A DNA stretch of 64,000 nucleotides from Candidatus Puniceispirillaceae bacterium (GTDB taxonomy: Bacteria; Pseudomonadota; Alphaproteobacteria; Puniceispirillales; Puniceispirillaceae). Of this stretch, positions 20,667-31,066 are shown piece by piece. Below the pieces are notes generated by a model that searched no databases, was not told where the DNA came from, and was given only the letters and a program-made list of their open reading frames with translations. The stretch lies in contig CBFHNZ010000003.1 of the NCBI GenBank assembly GCA_965657415.1, positions 7,621 through 71,620 on the forward strand, given 5' to 3'. The number at the start of each line of letters is the position of its first letter. Positions within the stretch are counted from its first letter, which is position 1. The translations under genes and the position numbers were made by a program.

Positions 20667-22781
20667 ATGCGCCACCGGGACGAGGCTTTATCCGATATCA
20701 TGCCAGCCACTTCAGACTGTATCAGACATCGAAAGGTCGGGCGGGCCGCGGTCATTGAGATTGACCGGCCGCCGGTCAATGCGATCAATCATGACATCCG
20801 GGCTGGGCTTGTTGCCGCCTTGGCGACCATTGGTGGCGATGAGGCAGTGGATCGAATCATTCTTGCCGGGGCCGGCGATATTTTTGCCGCCGGTGCCGAT
20901 GCCGGTGAATTCGGCCAGCCGATGGTGCAGCCCGGTCTGCCATCGGTGGTGGTGGCGCTGGAGACGGCCACGGTGCCGGTTATCGCCGCGATCAAGGGGG
21001 CCTGCCTTGGCGGCGGACTTGAACTGGCGTTGGCCTGCCGTTGGCGCATTGCCGCCGCGACGGCGCAGCTTGGCCTGCCCGAAGTCATCCTTGGCGTGGT
21101 CCCGGGGGCGGGCGGCACGCAGCGCCTGCCACGGCTGGTCGGGGTGAAAGCGGCGCTGTCGCTGATTCCTGAGGGACGCAGCCTGCGCGCCGGTGCGGCG
21201 CTGGAGATCGGACTGATTGACCAGCTTGATGATGACCCGGTGGCGGCGGCGCTGGCGGTGCCGATTGCCGATCTTCAGGCCCGTCCTGCGGTCTCGCAGC
21301 TGCCCGCGCCAGCCCCCGACGCCGAGGCGGTGGCGGCGGCGCTGGCAAAAGCGCGACGCAAGATGCCGCACCAGCGCGCACCGGCAGAGGCGGTGCGGCT
21401 GATCGGGCTTGCTGCCAGCGTTGAATTCGAAGACGCGCTGGCACAGGAACGTGCCACCTTCCTGACGCTGCGCGATGGCGATGAATGCCGCGCGCTTCGC
21501 CATATTTTCTTTGCCGAGCGCGGGGCGCGGGCACCGGCGCATCTGCAAGCCGTGACGCCAGCCCCGCTGGACAACGCCCTCGACAATGTCATCGTTGTTG
21601 GCGGCGGTACGATGGGTGCCGGTATCGCGCATGCGCTGGCCCGCGCCGGCAGTGCCGTCACCCTGATTGAACGTGGCGATGATGCTGTGCAGGCAGCCCG
21701 CCAGCGCATGTCTGGCCTCTATGATGCCGCGGTGCGCCGGGGGATGATGGATGAAACTGCGGCGGCGGCCGAACAGGGCGCGATCCGCTTTCAGGCAGGG
21801 TATGACGGCATCGAAGGTGCCGGGCTGGTGATCGAAGCGGTGTTCGAGGACATGCAGGTCAAGCGCGATGTCCTGACGGTGCTGGATGCCGCGGCGCCGG
21901 AGGCCGTTCTGGCCAGCAATACTTCCTATCTCGATATCGATCTGATGGCGGGGTGCCTTGCCGACCCGTCGCGGCTGGTTGGCCTGCATTTCTTCAGCCC
22001 GGCGCATATCATGAAGCTGCTGGAAATCGTGCGCGGCGCGCAGACATCGGATCGGGCGCTGGCGACTGGCTTTGCGCTGGCGAAACGGCTTCGCAAGATA
22101 CCGGTGCAGGTTGGAGTCTGTGACGGGTTTGTTGGCAACAGGATGCTGCAGCGGGTGCGTGAGGCGGCCGAATTGTTGCTTCTCGACGGGGCGGAAATCC
22201 TCCAGATCGATCGAGTTATGCGTGGCTTCGGGTATGCGATGGGGCTTTATGAAACGCAGGACATGTCGGGGCTTGATATCGCCTGGGCGAACCGCCGTCG
22301 GCAACAGGCGACACGTGACCCGGACAGGCGTTACAGCAAGGTCCAGGATCAGGTATGCGAGGCTGGCTGGCTTGGCCGCAAGGCCGGGCGCGGCTGGTAC
22401 ATCTACGACGATGGCAAACCGGTTGGCCTGAACCCCGAGGTAGCACCGCTGATCGAGGCCGAAGCGGCGCATCACGGCATCGCCCGCCGCGCGTTGGATG
22501 ATGACATGGTTCTGGAAACGCTGCTGCTGGCGCTGATCAATGAGGCGGCGGACATTCTGAACGAAGGCATTGCCGGCAGGGCCGCGGATATCGATCTCGT
22601 GCTGGTCCATGGATATGGCTTTCCGCGCTTTCGCGGCGGGCCATTATGTCATGCCGACAGCATGGGAATCGACATGATCCGCGACCGCCTGGCAGCGCTG
22701 CAGGACACTGACCCGGTGATCTGGAAACTGTCGCCGCTGATCGACCGGTTTGCGGCCGCGGGAAGGGGGTTTCTGGACTAA
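20667..22781 (+). CDS. Enoyl-CoA hydratase / 3-hydroxyacyl-CoA dehydrogenase fusion (FadB-like)
   Basis: PPVNAI, GGGLELAL, PGAGGTQRLPRL, GGGTMGAGI, ASNTSYL, GLHFFSPA; start may be slightly downstream. Confidence 0.9.
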   Translation: MRHRDEALSDIMPATSDCIRHRKVGRAAVIEIDRPPVNAINHDIRAGLVAALATIGGDEAVDRIILAGAGDIFAAGADAGEFGQPMVQPGLPSVVVALETATVPVIAAIKGACLGGGLELALACRWRIAAATAQLGLPEVILGVVPGAGGTQRLPRLVGVKAALSLIPEGRSLRAGAALEIGLIDQLDDDPVAAALAVPIADLQARPAVSQLPAPAPDAEAVAAALAKARRKMPHQRAPAEAVRLIGLAASVEFEDALAQERATFLTLRDGDECRALRHIFFAERGARAPAHLQAVTPAPLDNALDNVIVVGGGTMGAGIAHALARAGSAVTLIERGDDAVQAARQRMSGLYDAAVRRGMMDETAAAAEQGAIRFQAGYDGIEGAGLVIEAVFEDMQVKRDVLTVLDAAAPEAVLASNTSYLDIDLMAGCLADPSRLVGLHFFSPAHIMKLLEIVRGAQTSDRALATGFALAKRLRKIPVQVGVCDGFVGNRMLQRVREAAELLLLDGAEILQIDRVMRGFGYAMGLYETQDMSGLDIAWANRRRQQATRDPDRRYSKVQDQVCEAGWLGRKAGRGWYIYDDGKPVGLNPEVAPLIEAEAAHHGIARRALDDDMVLETLLLALINEAADILNEGIAGRAADIDLVLVHGYGFPRFRGGPLCHADSMGIDMIRDRLAALQDTDPVIWKLSPLIDRFAAAGRGFLD

Positions 22782-22871
22782 CCCCGCCCGGTGCCATGTC
22801 CGCCGGTTTGCTTGACCCCGCCCCGAAATCGCAATAGCGTCTCACGATATGGGTTTCGCGGGGGGAGTTTG

Positions 22872-24173
22872 TTGGCCGCTGATTTGCAAGACCGTTTGAT
22901 GGCAGAAATTGAGCAGCGCCGCGAATCGCTGATCGAGACGACACGCGACCTGATCCGCATCCCGACAATCAACCCGCCGGGCGAGAATTACCGCGAAATC
23001 TGCGACCATCTGGCGGCACGCCTTGCCGGCAGCGGCTTCAGCGCTGAATTCGTTCGTGCCGAGGGGGCTGTTGGCGATTCGAACCGCTATCCGCGTTGGA
23101 ATGTGATCTGCAGGCATGAAGGTGGCGGTGGTGCCGGCGGCGAATGCGTGCATTTCAACGGCCACACCGATGTTGTCACGGTTGGTGAGGGATGGACGCG
23201 TGATCCGTTCGCCGCCACCCTCGAGGGTGATCGCATCTATGGCCGGGGTGCCTGCGATATGAAGGGCGGGCTGGCCAGTGCCATTATCGCCGCCGAGGCA
23301 TTTATCGCCACCTGTCCCGATTACCGCGGCGCGATCGAGATTTCCGGCACCGCCGATGAGGAAACCGGCGGCTTTGGCGGCGTCGCCTGTCTTGCTGAAA
23401 AGGGATATTTCGACCCGTCGCGGGTCCAGCATGTGATCATCCCGGAACCGCTGAACAAGGACCGGATCTGCCTTGGCCATCGTGGTGTCTGGTGGGCCGA
23501 GATCGAGACCAAAGGCCGGATTGCGCATGGCTCGATGCCGTTTCTTGGTGATTGCGCGGTGCGCCATATGGCGGCAGTTCTGGCGGAAATGGAGGATACT
23601 CTGTTTCCGGCGCTGGCCACCCGGCATACCGCCATGCCGGTGGTGCCAGAAGGCGCGCGGCAGTCAACCTTGAACATCAACGCCATTCATGGCGGCCTTG
23701 CCGAACCCGAAGAGGGTTATACCGGCTTGCCGTCGGCCTGTGTTCCGGATCGTTGTGTGATCACCATCGACCGGCGCTTTCTGGTCGAAGAGGATCTCGC
23801 CGCTGTGAAAGCCGAGATGACGGCGCTTCTTGACAAGGTGGCGGCCATACGGCCGGAATTCAGGTACGAGGTCCGTGATCTGTTCGAGGTGCATCCGGTG
23901 ATGGCTGAACGCGATGCGCCCGTGGTGACGACTGTTGGCGCGGCGATCCGCGATGTGATGGGGATCGACCCCGATTTTGTGGTTTCGCCCGGCACCTATG
24001 ACCAGAAACATATCGACCGCATCGGCAGGCTCAAAAACTGCATCGCCTATGGTCCCGGGATATTGGAGCTTGCCCATCAGCCGGATGAATGGATTGGTAT
24101 CACCGACATGTCGGAAAGCGCGGCGGTGATGGCCTTGTCGCTGGCAAAATTGTTGGCACCGGACCTTCAATGA
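22872..24173 (+). CDS. M20 metallohydrolase (ArgE/DapE family)
   Basis: HFNGHTDVV, YGRGACDMKGG, ADEETGG, AHQPDE; start at TTG 22872 or ATG 22899. Confidence 0.88.
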   Translation: MAADLQDRLMAEIEQRRESLIETTRDLIRIPTINPPGENYREICDHLAARLAGSGFSAEFVRAEGAVGDSNRYPRWNVICRHEGGGGAGGECVHFNGHTDVVTVGEGWTRDPFAATLEGDRIYGRGACDMKGGLASAIIAAEAFIATCPDYRGAIEISGTADEETGGFGGVACLAEKGYFDPSRVQHVIIPEPLNKDRICLGHRGVWWAEIETKGRIAHGSMPFLGDCAVRHMAAVLAEMEDTLFPALATRHTAMPVVPEGARQSTLNINAIHGGLAEPEEGYTGLPSACVPDRCVITIDRRFLVEEDLAAVKAEMTALLDKVAAIRPEFRYEVRDLFEVHPVMAERDAPVVTTVGAAIRDVMGIDPDFVVSPGTYDQKHIDRIGRLKNCIAYGPGILELAHQPDEWIGITDMSESAAVMALSLAKLLAPDLQ

Positions 24174-24194
24174 CAACAGAAGAGGGAGGATAAA

Positions 24195-25682
24195 ATGACA
24201 ATCAACTGGACAGCCGCTAGATGGGCTGCGTTCGCCGTGGCCGCGTCGATGACCGCCACAACGGCGTTTGCGGCACAGACATCGATCACCGTCGGCATGC
24301 AACTTGAACCACCCAACCTTGATCCGACAGGTGGCGCTGCCGCGGCTATCGACGAGGTGGTCTATGCCAATGTCTTTGAGGGGTTGACCCGGTATCGGGC
24401 CGATGGATCGGTGGCGCCGGGGCTGGCAAAATCCTGGACAATCTCGGCTGACGGACTCGTCTATACCTTCACCCTTCATTCCGGGGTGACCTTTCATGAC
24501 GGCACGGCAATGAATGCCGATGATGTGAAGTTCTCACTCGACCGCGCCCGGGCCGAGGATTCGACAAACGCCCAAAAACGGCTTTTTACCGGCATTGCGT
24601 CGGTTGATGTTGTGGACCCGTTGACGGTGAAGATCACCCTGTCGACACCCGATGGTGGCTTCATCACCAACCTGGCCTGGGGTGATGCTGTGATCGTGGC
24701 GCCGGAAAGCATCGATGACGCAAAGACAGCACCGGTTGGCACCGGGCCTTTCACCATGCAGCGCTGGGTGCAGGGTGACCGGGTAGAGCTGGCCCGCAAT
24801 CCGAATTACTGGGGCGATCCGGTTGCCCTGGAAAAGGCAACCTTCAAATTCATCTCCGACCCGACAGCGGCTTTTGCTGCGATGATGGCCGGTGATATTG
24901 ACGCGTTCCCGGGGTATCCGGCACCTGAAACCCTGCCGCAGTTCGAGGCTGACCCGCGGTTTCGTGTAATCGTCGGATCAACCGAAGGTGAGACGATCCT
25001 GTCAACCAACAACAAGGCTGAAAAGCTGTCGGATATCCGCATCCGTCAGGCCATCGCCCACGCCATTGACAGGCAGGCGATCATCGATGGGGCGATGTTC
25101 GGTTTCGGCACGCCCATCGGCACGCATTTCGCGCCGCATAATCCTGATTATGTCGATCTGACCGGCGGCTCGATGCATGACCCGGACCGGGCGAGGGCGC
25201 TGCTGAAAGAGGCTGGGGCCGAGGCCATTACCCTGTCGCTGAAGTTGCCGCCACCATCCTATGCCCGTCGCGGCGGCGAGATCATCGCCGCGCAGCTTCG
25301 CGAGGTCGGGATCAATACCGAAATCGAGAATCTGGAATGGGCGCAATGGCTGGAACAGGTCTTCCGTGGCAAGGATTTCGATCTCACCATCGTTTCGCAT
25401 ACTGAACCGATGGATATCGGCATCTACGCCAATCCGGATTACTACTTCCAGTATGACAGCGCCGAATTCCAGGGGCTGATGGATGAGCTGAAGCTTGCCA
25501 CCGACCTGGCGGATCGCACCCGCATCCTGCAGGCGGCACAGCGCCGCATCGCCGATGATTACGTGAATGGCTATCTGTTCCAGCTGGCACGGACCGGCGT
25601 TGCCAATGCCAACATTTCCGGTCTCTGGGAGAATGCGCCGACACAGGCCAATGACCTGACCGGCGTGCGTTGGACGGACTGA
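24195..25682 (+). CDS. Peptide/nickel ABC transporter substrate-binding protein
   Basis: Signal peptide, EPPNLDP, FHDGT..NADDVKFS, PVGTGPF; RBS GAGGA. Confidence 0.92.
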   Translation: MTINWTAARWAAFAVAASMTATTAFAAQTSITVGMQLEPPNLDPTGGAAAAIDEVVYANVFEGLTRYRADGSVAPGLAKSWTISADGLVYTFTLHSGVTFHDGTAMNADDVKFSLDRARAEDSTNAQKRLFTGIASVDVVDPLTVKITLSTPDGGFITNLAWGDAVIVAPESIDDAKTAPVGTGPFTMQRWVQGDRVELARNPNYWGDPVALEKATFKFISDPTAAFAAMMAGDIDAFPGYPAPETLPQFEADPRFRVIVGSTEGETILSTNNKAEKLSDIRIRQAIAHAIDRQAIIDGAMFGFGTPIGTHFAPHNPDYVDLTGGSMHDPDRARALLKEAGAEAITLSLKLPPPSYARRGGEIIAAQLREVGINTEIENLEWAQWLEQVFRGKDFDLTIVSHTEPMDIGIYANPDYYFQYDSAEFQGLMDELKLATDLADRTRILQAAQRRIADDYVNGYLFQLARTGVANANISGLWENAPTQANDLTGVRWTD

Positions 25683-25761
25683 CCGGCACGTTCCATAAAT
25701 GCCGATCCGCCGGCCATCTCGCCGGCGGGTCGTTGGCGCATTCCCGGTGCAGGCTACGATC

Positions 25762-26706
25762 ATGGTGAGCTATATCCTGTCACGACTGGTCGCTCTTGGC
25801 CTGAGCCTTGCCGTTGCATCAATCATTATCTTTGTCATGATAGAGATGGTGCCGGGTGACCCGGCTGCCTTCATGCTGGGGTTGAACGCGGCGCCTGATA
25901 CGGTTGCCGCGCTGCGCGCCGAGCTTGGCCTTGGCGGCAGTCCGATCGAGCGTTACTTGCGCTGGGTTGCCGGTATGGTGCGGGGGGATTTCGGCATTTC
26001 CTATACCTATCAGGTTCCGGTGGCGGAACTGGTGTCGGCGCGGCTTATGGTGTCGCTGCCACTGGCGGTGATGGCGCTGTTGCTGTCGACGCTGATCGCG
26101 CTGCCGGTCGGGCTGTATGCGGCCAGCCGCCGCGGTGGTGCAGGTGATTGGAGCGTCATGGGGATCACGCAGCTTGGTATTGCCGTTCCGAATTTCTGGT
26201 TCGCGATGATCCTCGTGGTCATCTTCGCCATCCAGCTTCGCTGGTTTTCGGCCGGTGGGTTCCCCGGATGGGATGCCGGGGTCGGGGCGTGCCTGAAGGC
26301 GCTGGTCCTGCCGGCGGTGGCGCTGGCGCTGCCGCAGGCATCGATCCTCGCCCGGGTAATGCGCTCGGCGGTGCTTGACGTGCTTGGTCAGGATTATATC
26401 CGCACGGCGCGGGCCAAGGGGCTCAGCCGTCGCCGCACCCTGACCGACCACGCCTTCCGCAACGCGCTGATCCCGGTGCTGACCATCATCGGCCTGCAAT
26501 TCTCCTTTTTGATTGCCGGCGCGATCATCATCGAGAATGTGTTTTTCCTCCCCGGGCTGGGCCGGCTGGTGTTTCAGGGGATCACGCAGCGCGACCTGAT
26601 TGTCGTTGAGTCGGTGGTGATGCTTCTGGTCTTTGCGGTGATTCTTGTGAACTTTCTGGTCGATATCGCCTATGGCATCGCTGACCCGCGACTTCGGAGG
26701 CGGTGA
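25762..26706 (+). CDS. Peptide ABC transporter permease (DppB-like)
   Basis: PGDPA, GDFGIS, DYIRTARAKGL, ENVFFLPGLG. Confidence 0.92.
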   Translation: MVSYILSRLVALGLSLAVASIIIFVMIEMVPGDPAAFMLGLNAAPDTVAALRAELGLGGSPIERYLRWVAGMVRGDFGISYTYQVPVAELVSARLMVSLPLAVMALLLSTLIALPVGLYAASRRGGAGDWSVMGITQLGIAVPNFWFAMILVVIFAIQLRWFSAGGFPGWDAGVGACLKALVLPAVALALPQASILARVMRSAVLDVLGQDYIRTARAKGLSRRRTLTDHAFRNALIPVLTIIGLQFSFLIAGAIIIENVFFLPGLGRLVFQGITQRDLIVVESVVMLLVFAVILVNFLVDIAYGIADPRLRRR

Positions 26707-27533
26707 TGCGCAGGATGTCTGTTCCAGCAAGTCTTGTCGCCGGCGTCCTGCTGACATTGCTGTTCGTGGTGGCGGCCCTTGTTTCATTTGTCTGGACCCC
26801 GCATGCGGTGGAAAGTCTGAATATCGCGGCAAGGCTGCAACCGCCGGGCGCTGACCATCTTCTTGGCACCGATCATTTCGGGCGCGACATGCTGTCCATG
26901 CTGATGGTGGGAGCGCGCACCTCCATCGCTGTGGCTATCGTGGCCGTCGGCATCGGTATGGCGTTTGGCGTGCCGCTTGGCCTGCTGGCGGCGGCCGGCC
27001 GAGGTGGCTGGCTTGATGACCTGGTGATGCGCGGCAATGATCTTGTTTTTGCCTTTCCCTCGCTTGTCATCGCCATCCTGATTACCGCTGTCTTTGGCCC
27101 ATCGGCCTTCAACGCCATTCTCGCCATCGGCATTTTCAACATCCCGGTCTTCGCGCGAGTGGCGCGGGGCAGTGCGCTGTCGGTCTGGACGCAGGACTTC
27201 ATCCTTGCGGCGCGCGTCAGTGGCAAGGGTGCGGCCAGGATATCGGTCGAACATATTCTGCCGAATATCACCAATATCCTGATTGTTCAGGGAACCATCC
27301 AGTTCAGTCTCGGTATTCTGGCAGAGGCCGGCTTGTCCTATGTCGGGTTGGGGGCACAGCCACCGCTTCCCTCCTGGGGGCGGATGCTTGCGGACAGCCA
27401 GACGATGATCAGCTTTGCTCCCCATCTTGCCGTACTGCCGGGGCTGGCCATCATCGCCACTGTTTTGGGGTTGAATTTGACGGGCGATGGCCTGCGCGAT
27501 CTTCTCGACCCGCGGTTGAGGCGCCGTCGATGA
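26703..27533 (+). CDS. Peptide ABC transporter permease (DppC-like)
   Basis: HLLGTDHFGRD, HILPN, EAGLSYVGLG..PP.PSWG. Confidence 0.92.
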   Translation: MMRRMSVPASLVAGVLLTLLFVVAALVSFVWTPHAVESLNIAARLQPPGADHLLGTDHFGRDMLSMLMVGARTSIAVAIVAVGIGMAFGVPLGLLAAAGRGGWLDDLVMRGNDLVFAFPSLVIAILITAVFGPSAFNAILAIGIFNIPVFARVARGSALSVWTQDFILAARVSGKGAARISVEHILPNITNILIVQGTIQFSLGILAEAGLSYVGLGAQPPLPSWGRMLADSQTMISFAPHLAVLPGLAIIATVLGLNLTGDGLRDLLDPRLRRRR

Positions 27534-29128
27534 GCATGTCACGGCTTGTCATCGAGGATCTTTCGGTCCGACTTGAAGAGAACATGCTGGTCGAGAAGGC
27601 CACGCTGTCGATTGCCCCGGGGCAGGTCTTCGGCCTTGCCGGCGAGTCGGGGTCCGGCAAGTCGATGACGGCACTCGCGGTTATGGGCCTGCTTCCCGAT
27701 GGCGCGATACGAGGCGGCGCAGCACGGCTTGACGGTGACGATCTGTTCGCGTTGGACGAGGCGGCGATGTGCGCGGTCCGGGGGCGGCGCATCGGTATGA
27801 TCTTTCAGGAACCGATGACGGCGCTGAATCCGGTTCGCAGCATCGGGGATCAGGTGGCTGAAACGCTGATTGTGCATGCAGGAATGCATCGGCAGGCGGC
27901 GCGTGAAGTTGCGGCCGAGCAGCTTCACCGTGTCGGGCTGCCGGCAGACCGTATGGGGATCAGCCGTTTCCCGCACGAGCTGTCAGGTGGCCAGCGCCAG
28001 CGGGTGATGATTGCCCAGGCGATTGCGCTGCAGCCTGCGTTGTTGATTGCCGATGAGCCGACCACGGCACTTGATGTGACAACGCAGGCCGGCATTCTCA
28101 ATCTTCTTGGCGAACTTGTGTCCGAAGGCGACATGTCATTGATGTTGATTACGCATGACCTTGCGGTGCTGGCAGGTCTCAGTAACGCCATTGCGGTAAT
28201 GCGGGCTGGCAAGATTGTGGAAACAGGCCAGACGGAAACGCTGTTTCGTCATCACAAACATGCCTATACGGCCAGCCTGCTGGCCGCCTCACGCCACCGG
28301 CCGGCCAGGCCGATACCCCCGGTGTCGCCGGCCCCGCTTTTGCGGGTGCAGGACCTTCGCCTGGGATATCGCGGTCGTGGTGGGCTGTTGCGAAGGACCA
28401 CCATGGCCGAGGTAGTGCGCGGTGTCACGCTGTCCGTCGATAGCGGTGAAAGTGTCGGGCTTGTCGGTGAGTCCGGATGCGGAAAATCGACATTGGCACG
28501 GGCCATTCTGGGTCTTGAGCCGCCGCGTGCAGGATCTATTGAGCTGGCCGGAACGACTGTCACCGCCGGCCAGCCCATGGCAGCGGCGACGCGGGCGGCA
28601 ATGCAGATTGTCTTCCAGGATCCCTATGGTTCCTTCAATCCGCGGCACCGGGTTGACCGACTTGTTGCCGAACCATTTCACCTGGTATCAGATGCGCCGG
28701 TGGGTGCTTCACTGTCGCGCGCGGTTGATGCCGCGCTGGAGGCGGTCGGTCTGTCAGCATCGGATGCTGGCAAATATATTCATGAATTTTCGGGTGGTCA
28801 GCGCCAGCGTATCGCCATCGCGCGCGCGCTTGTGACAAGGCCGAAGCTGATCATCTTGGATGAAGCCGTCTCGGCGCTGGATGTCTCGATCCGGGCACAG
28901 ATTCTCGATCTTCTTGCCGTGCTTCGTCGGGATTTCGACCTTGCCTATCTGTTCATCAGCCATGACCTTGGTGTGGTTCGCTCAATCACGGATCGCGTGC
29001 TGGTGATGAAGGATGGCAAGATTGTTGAGAGGGGGGATACGGACCGGGTGCTGGACGCGCCGGCGCACCCCTATACCGCGGAGCTGGTTGCTGCCAGCCC
29101 GCAAATCCCGCAAGAATGGGTGGCATGA
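27530..29128 (+). CDS. Peptide ABC transporter ATP-binding protein, two fused NBDs
   Basis: GESGSGKS and GESGCGKS Walker A; LSGGQRQR, FSGGQRQR; ADEPT, LDEAV. Confidence 0.93.
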   Translation: MSMSRLVIEDLSVRLEENMLVEKATLSIAPGQVFGLAGESGSGKSMTALAVMGLLPDGAIRGGAARLDGDDLFALDEAAMCAVRGRRIGMIFQEPMTALNPVRSIGDQVAETLIVHAGMHRQAAREVAAEQLHRVGLPADRMGISRFPHELSGGQRQRVMIAQAIALQPALLIADEPTTALDVTTQAGILNLLGELVSEGDMSLMLITHDLAVLAGLSNAIAVMRAGKIVETGQTETLFRHHKHAYTASLLAASRHRPARPIPPVSPAPLLRVQDLRLGYRGRGGLLRRTTMAEVVRGVTLSVDSGESVGLVGESGCGKSTLARAILGLEPPRAGSIELAGTTVTAGQPMAAATRAAMQIVFQDPYGSFNPRHRVDRLVAEPFHLVSDAPVGASLSRAVDAALEAVGLSASDAGKYIHEFSGGQRQRIAIARALVTRPKLIILDEAVSALDVSIRAQILDLLAVLRRDFDLAYLFISHDLGVVRSITDRVLVMKDGKIVERGDTDRVLDAPAHPYTAELVAASPQIPQEWVA

Positions 29129-29207
29129 CCGGCATGACGGGCCATGTTTGAAATGACGGGCATGATTGAGATGCAATCAAACAAGTATCTATGGGTGGAG
29201 GCATGAA

Positions 29208-29957
29208 GTGACGGGAACAAGGCTTGAAGGCAAGACCGCGTTGGTGACAGGTGCCGGATCGGGGTTCGGCGCCGGAATCCTGCGCCGTTTCACCGAGGAA
29301 GGCGCGCGCGTCCTGGCGGTTGATGTCAATCCGGACGGGTTGGCGGCGGTCGCGGCTGAAACCGGGGCGATCACATGCCGGGCGGATGTATCGGACAGGC
29401 AATCGGTCGCGGCGATGGCGGCGATGGTGGCGGATCAGTTCGGCTCGCTCGACATTCTGGTTAACAATGCCGGGGTCACGCACCCGTCAGGGCCAATGGA
29501 AGATGTTGAGGAAGATGTCTTTGACCGGGTGATGGCGGTCAACACCAAGGCCGTTTATCTGGCGGCACGGCAATTCGTGCCGATGATGAAGGCGGCCGGT
29601 AGTGGCGTGATCCTGAACATTGCCTCGACAGCCGGGGTCTCGCCGCGCCCCAACCTCAGCTGGTATAACGCCTCGAAAGGCTGGATGATCACCGCCACCA
29701 GGGCGATGGCGGTCGAACTCGCCCCGTCTGGCATCCGGGTTAACGCGATTAACCCGGTGGCAGGAGAAACACCCTTACTGGCAAGTTTCATGGGCGAGGA
29801 TACGCCCGAAATGCGGGCCAAATTTCTTTCCACAATCCCGATTGGCAGGTTCTCGCAGCCTGAGGATATTGCCAACGCCGCGCTCTATCTCTGCTCTGAT
29901 GAGGCATCGATGGTCACCGGCGTGGCGATGGAGGTTGACGGTGGCCGCTGTATTTAG
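29208..29957 (+). CDS. Short-chain dehydrogenase/reductase (FabG/glucose 1-dehydrogenase-like)
   Basis: VTGAGSGFG, NNAG, WYNASKG, VDGG; GTG start after GGAGG. Confidence 0.9.
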   Translation: MTGTRLEGKTALVTGAGSGFGAGILRRFTEEGARVLAVDVNPDGLAAVAAETGAITCRADVSDRQSVAAMAAMVADQFGSLDILVNNAGVTHPSGPMEDVEEDVFDRVMAVNTKAVYLAARQFVPMMKAAGSGVILNIASTAGVSPRPNLSWYNASKGWMITATRAMAVELAPSGIRVNAINPVAGETPLLASFMGEDTPEMRAKFLSTIPIGRFSQPEDIANAALYLCSDEASMVTGVAMEVDGGRCI

Positions 29958-29978
29958 GCTGGATCCAGGATCGGGGCG

Positions 29979-30974
29979 ATGAAGCCGGGACCACGCAATC
30001 TGATCACCGACATTGAAGGTGTCCTTGTCGGCAATGCGCATGATGACCGGCTAAAATCCGGCGTGACAGTGCTGACCGCTGACCGGCCTTTCACGGCCTC
30101 GGTGCATGTCATGGGGGGCGCTCCTGGCACGCGCGAGACCGATCTTCTGTCGCCGGACAAGATGGTGACGGAGATAGATGCCCTTGTCTTGTCAGGTGGT
30201 TCGGCGCTTGGTCTTGATGCCGCTTCGGGTGTTGCCAACGCCCTTCGCGCGGCTGGCATCGGGTTCGATGTCAATGGGCAGAAAGTACCGATCGTGCCGG
30301 CGGCCATCCTGTTTGACCTGTTGAATGGCGGGGATAAGAACTGGAAGGTGAACCCCTATGCCGATCTTGGTGCAACCGCCTGGCAGGAAAGAGGTGCCGA
30401 TTTCGGACTTGGCACCATAGGCGCGGGTTGTGGTGCCGTGGCGGGTTCGATGAAAGGCGGGCTGGGGTCGGCCTCGGCGATACTGGATCAAGGCGCATCG
30501 ATTGGCGCGTTGGTTGCGGTGAATGCCTTTGGTGCCGCGACACCGGACGGGACCGGACATTTCTGGGCCGCGCCATGGGAGATTGACCGTGAATTCGGTG
30601 GGCGGGGGCCGGTTCCCGCCAATGTCCCGACAGGTATCAGCCTTCCGGACGGGTTCTCGCCCCGCGAGAACACGACCATCGGGATCATTGCCACCGACGC
30701 CCGGCTTGACAAGGCCCAGTGCCAGCGGCTTGCAGTGGCGGCACATGACGGTTTTGCCCGTGCGCTGGTGCCAAGCCATACCGGCTTTGACGGTGACCTC
30801 ATCTTCGCCATTTCCACAGGCGCCCATCAGCTCGACACCCCGATGATTGACACTGTGGCGCTCGGCCAGGCGGCTGCGTCGGTGATGGCCCGCGCGATTG
30901 CCCGCGGCGTATGGAACGCGCGGGCAGCTCCCGGTGACCTCGTGCCGACCTTCCGCGATCTCTATCACCCATAA
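29979..30974 (+). CDS. P1/S58 family peptidase (DmpA-like L-aminopeptidase/D-esterase)
   Basis: NLITDIEGVLVG, GGAPGTRETDLL, LSGGSALGL, KGGLGSAS, ENTTIG, HTGFDGDLIF. Confidence 0.88.
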   Translation: MKPGPRNLITDIEGVLVGNAHDDRLKSGVTVLTADRPFTASVHVMGGAPGTRETDLLSPDKMVTEIDALVLSGGSALGLDAASGVANALRAAGIGFDVNGQKVPIVPAAILFDLLNGGDKNWKVNPYADLGATAWQERGADFGLGTIGAGCGAVAGSMKGGLGSASAILDQGASIGALVAVNAFGAATPDGTGHFWAAPWEIDREFGGRGPVPANVPTGISLPDGFSPRENTTIGIIATDARLDKAQCQRLAVAAHDGFARALVPSHTGFDGDLIFAISTGAHQLDTPMIDTVALGQAAASVMARAIARGVWNARAAPGDLVPTFRDLYHP

Positions 30975-31066
30975 AGGCCAGCGCATCGGGTTTTGTCTAA
31001 GCGGTTTACCGGGTGTAATCTGGTAACAGGCGATGTCCTGCGCAGAATTCACCCTTGGGGGGCCCA

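Noticed and set aside
20712-22610. 632-aa minus-strand ORF
   Set aside because: Antisense shadow of the FadB-like gene; no motifs; expected in high-GC DNA
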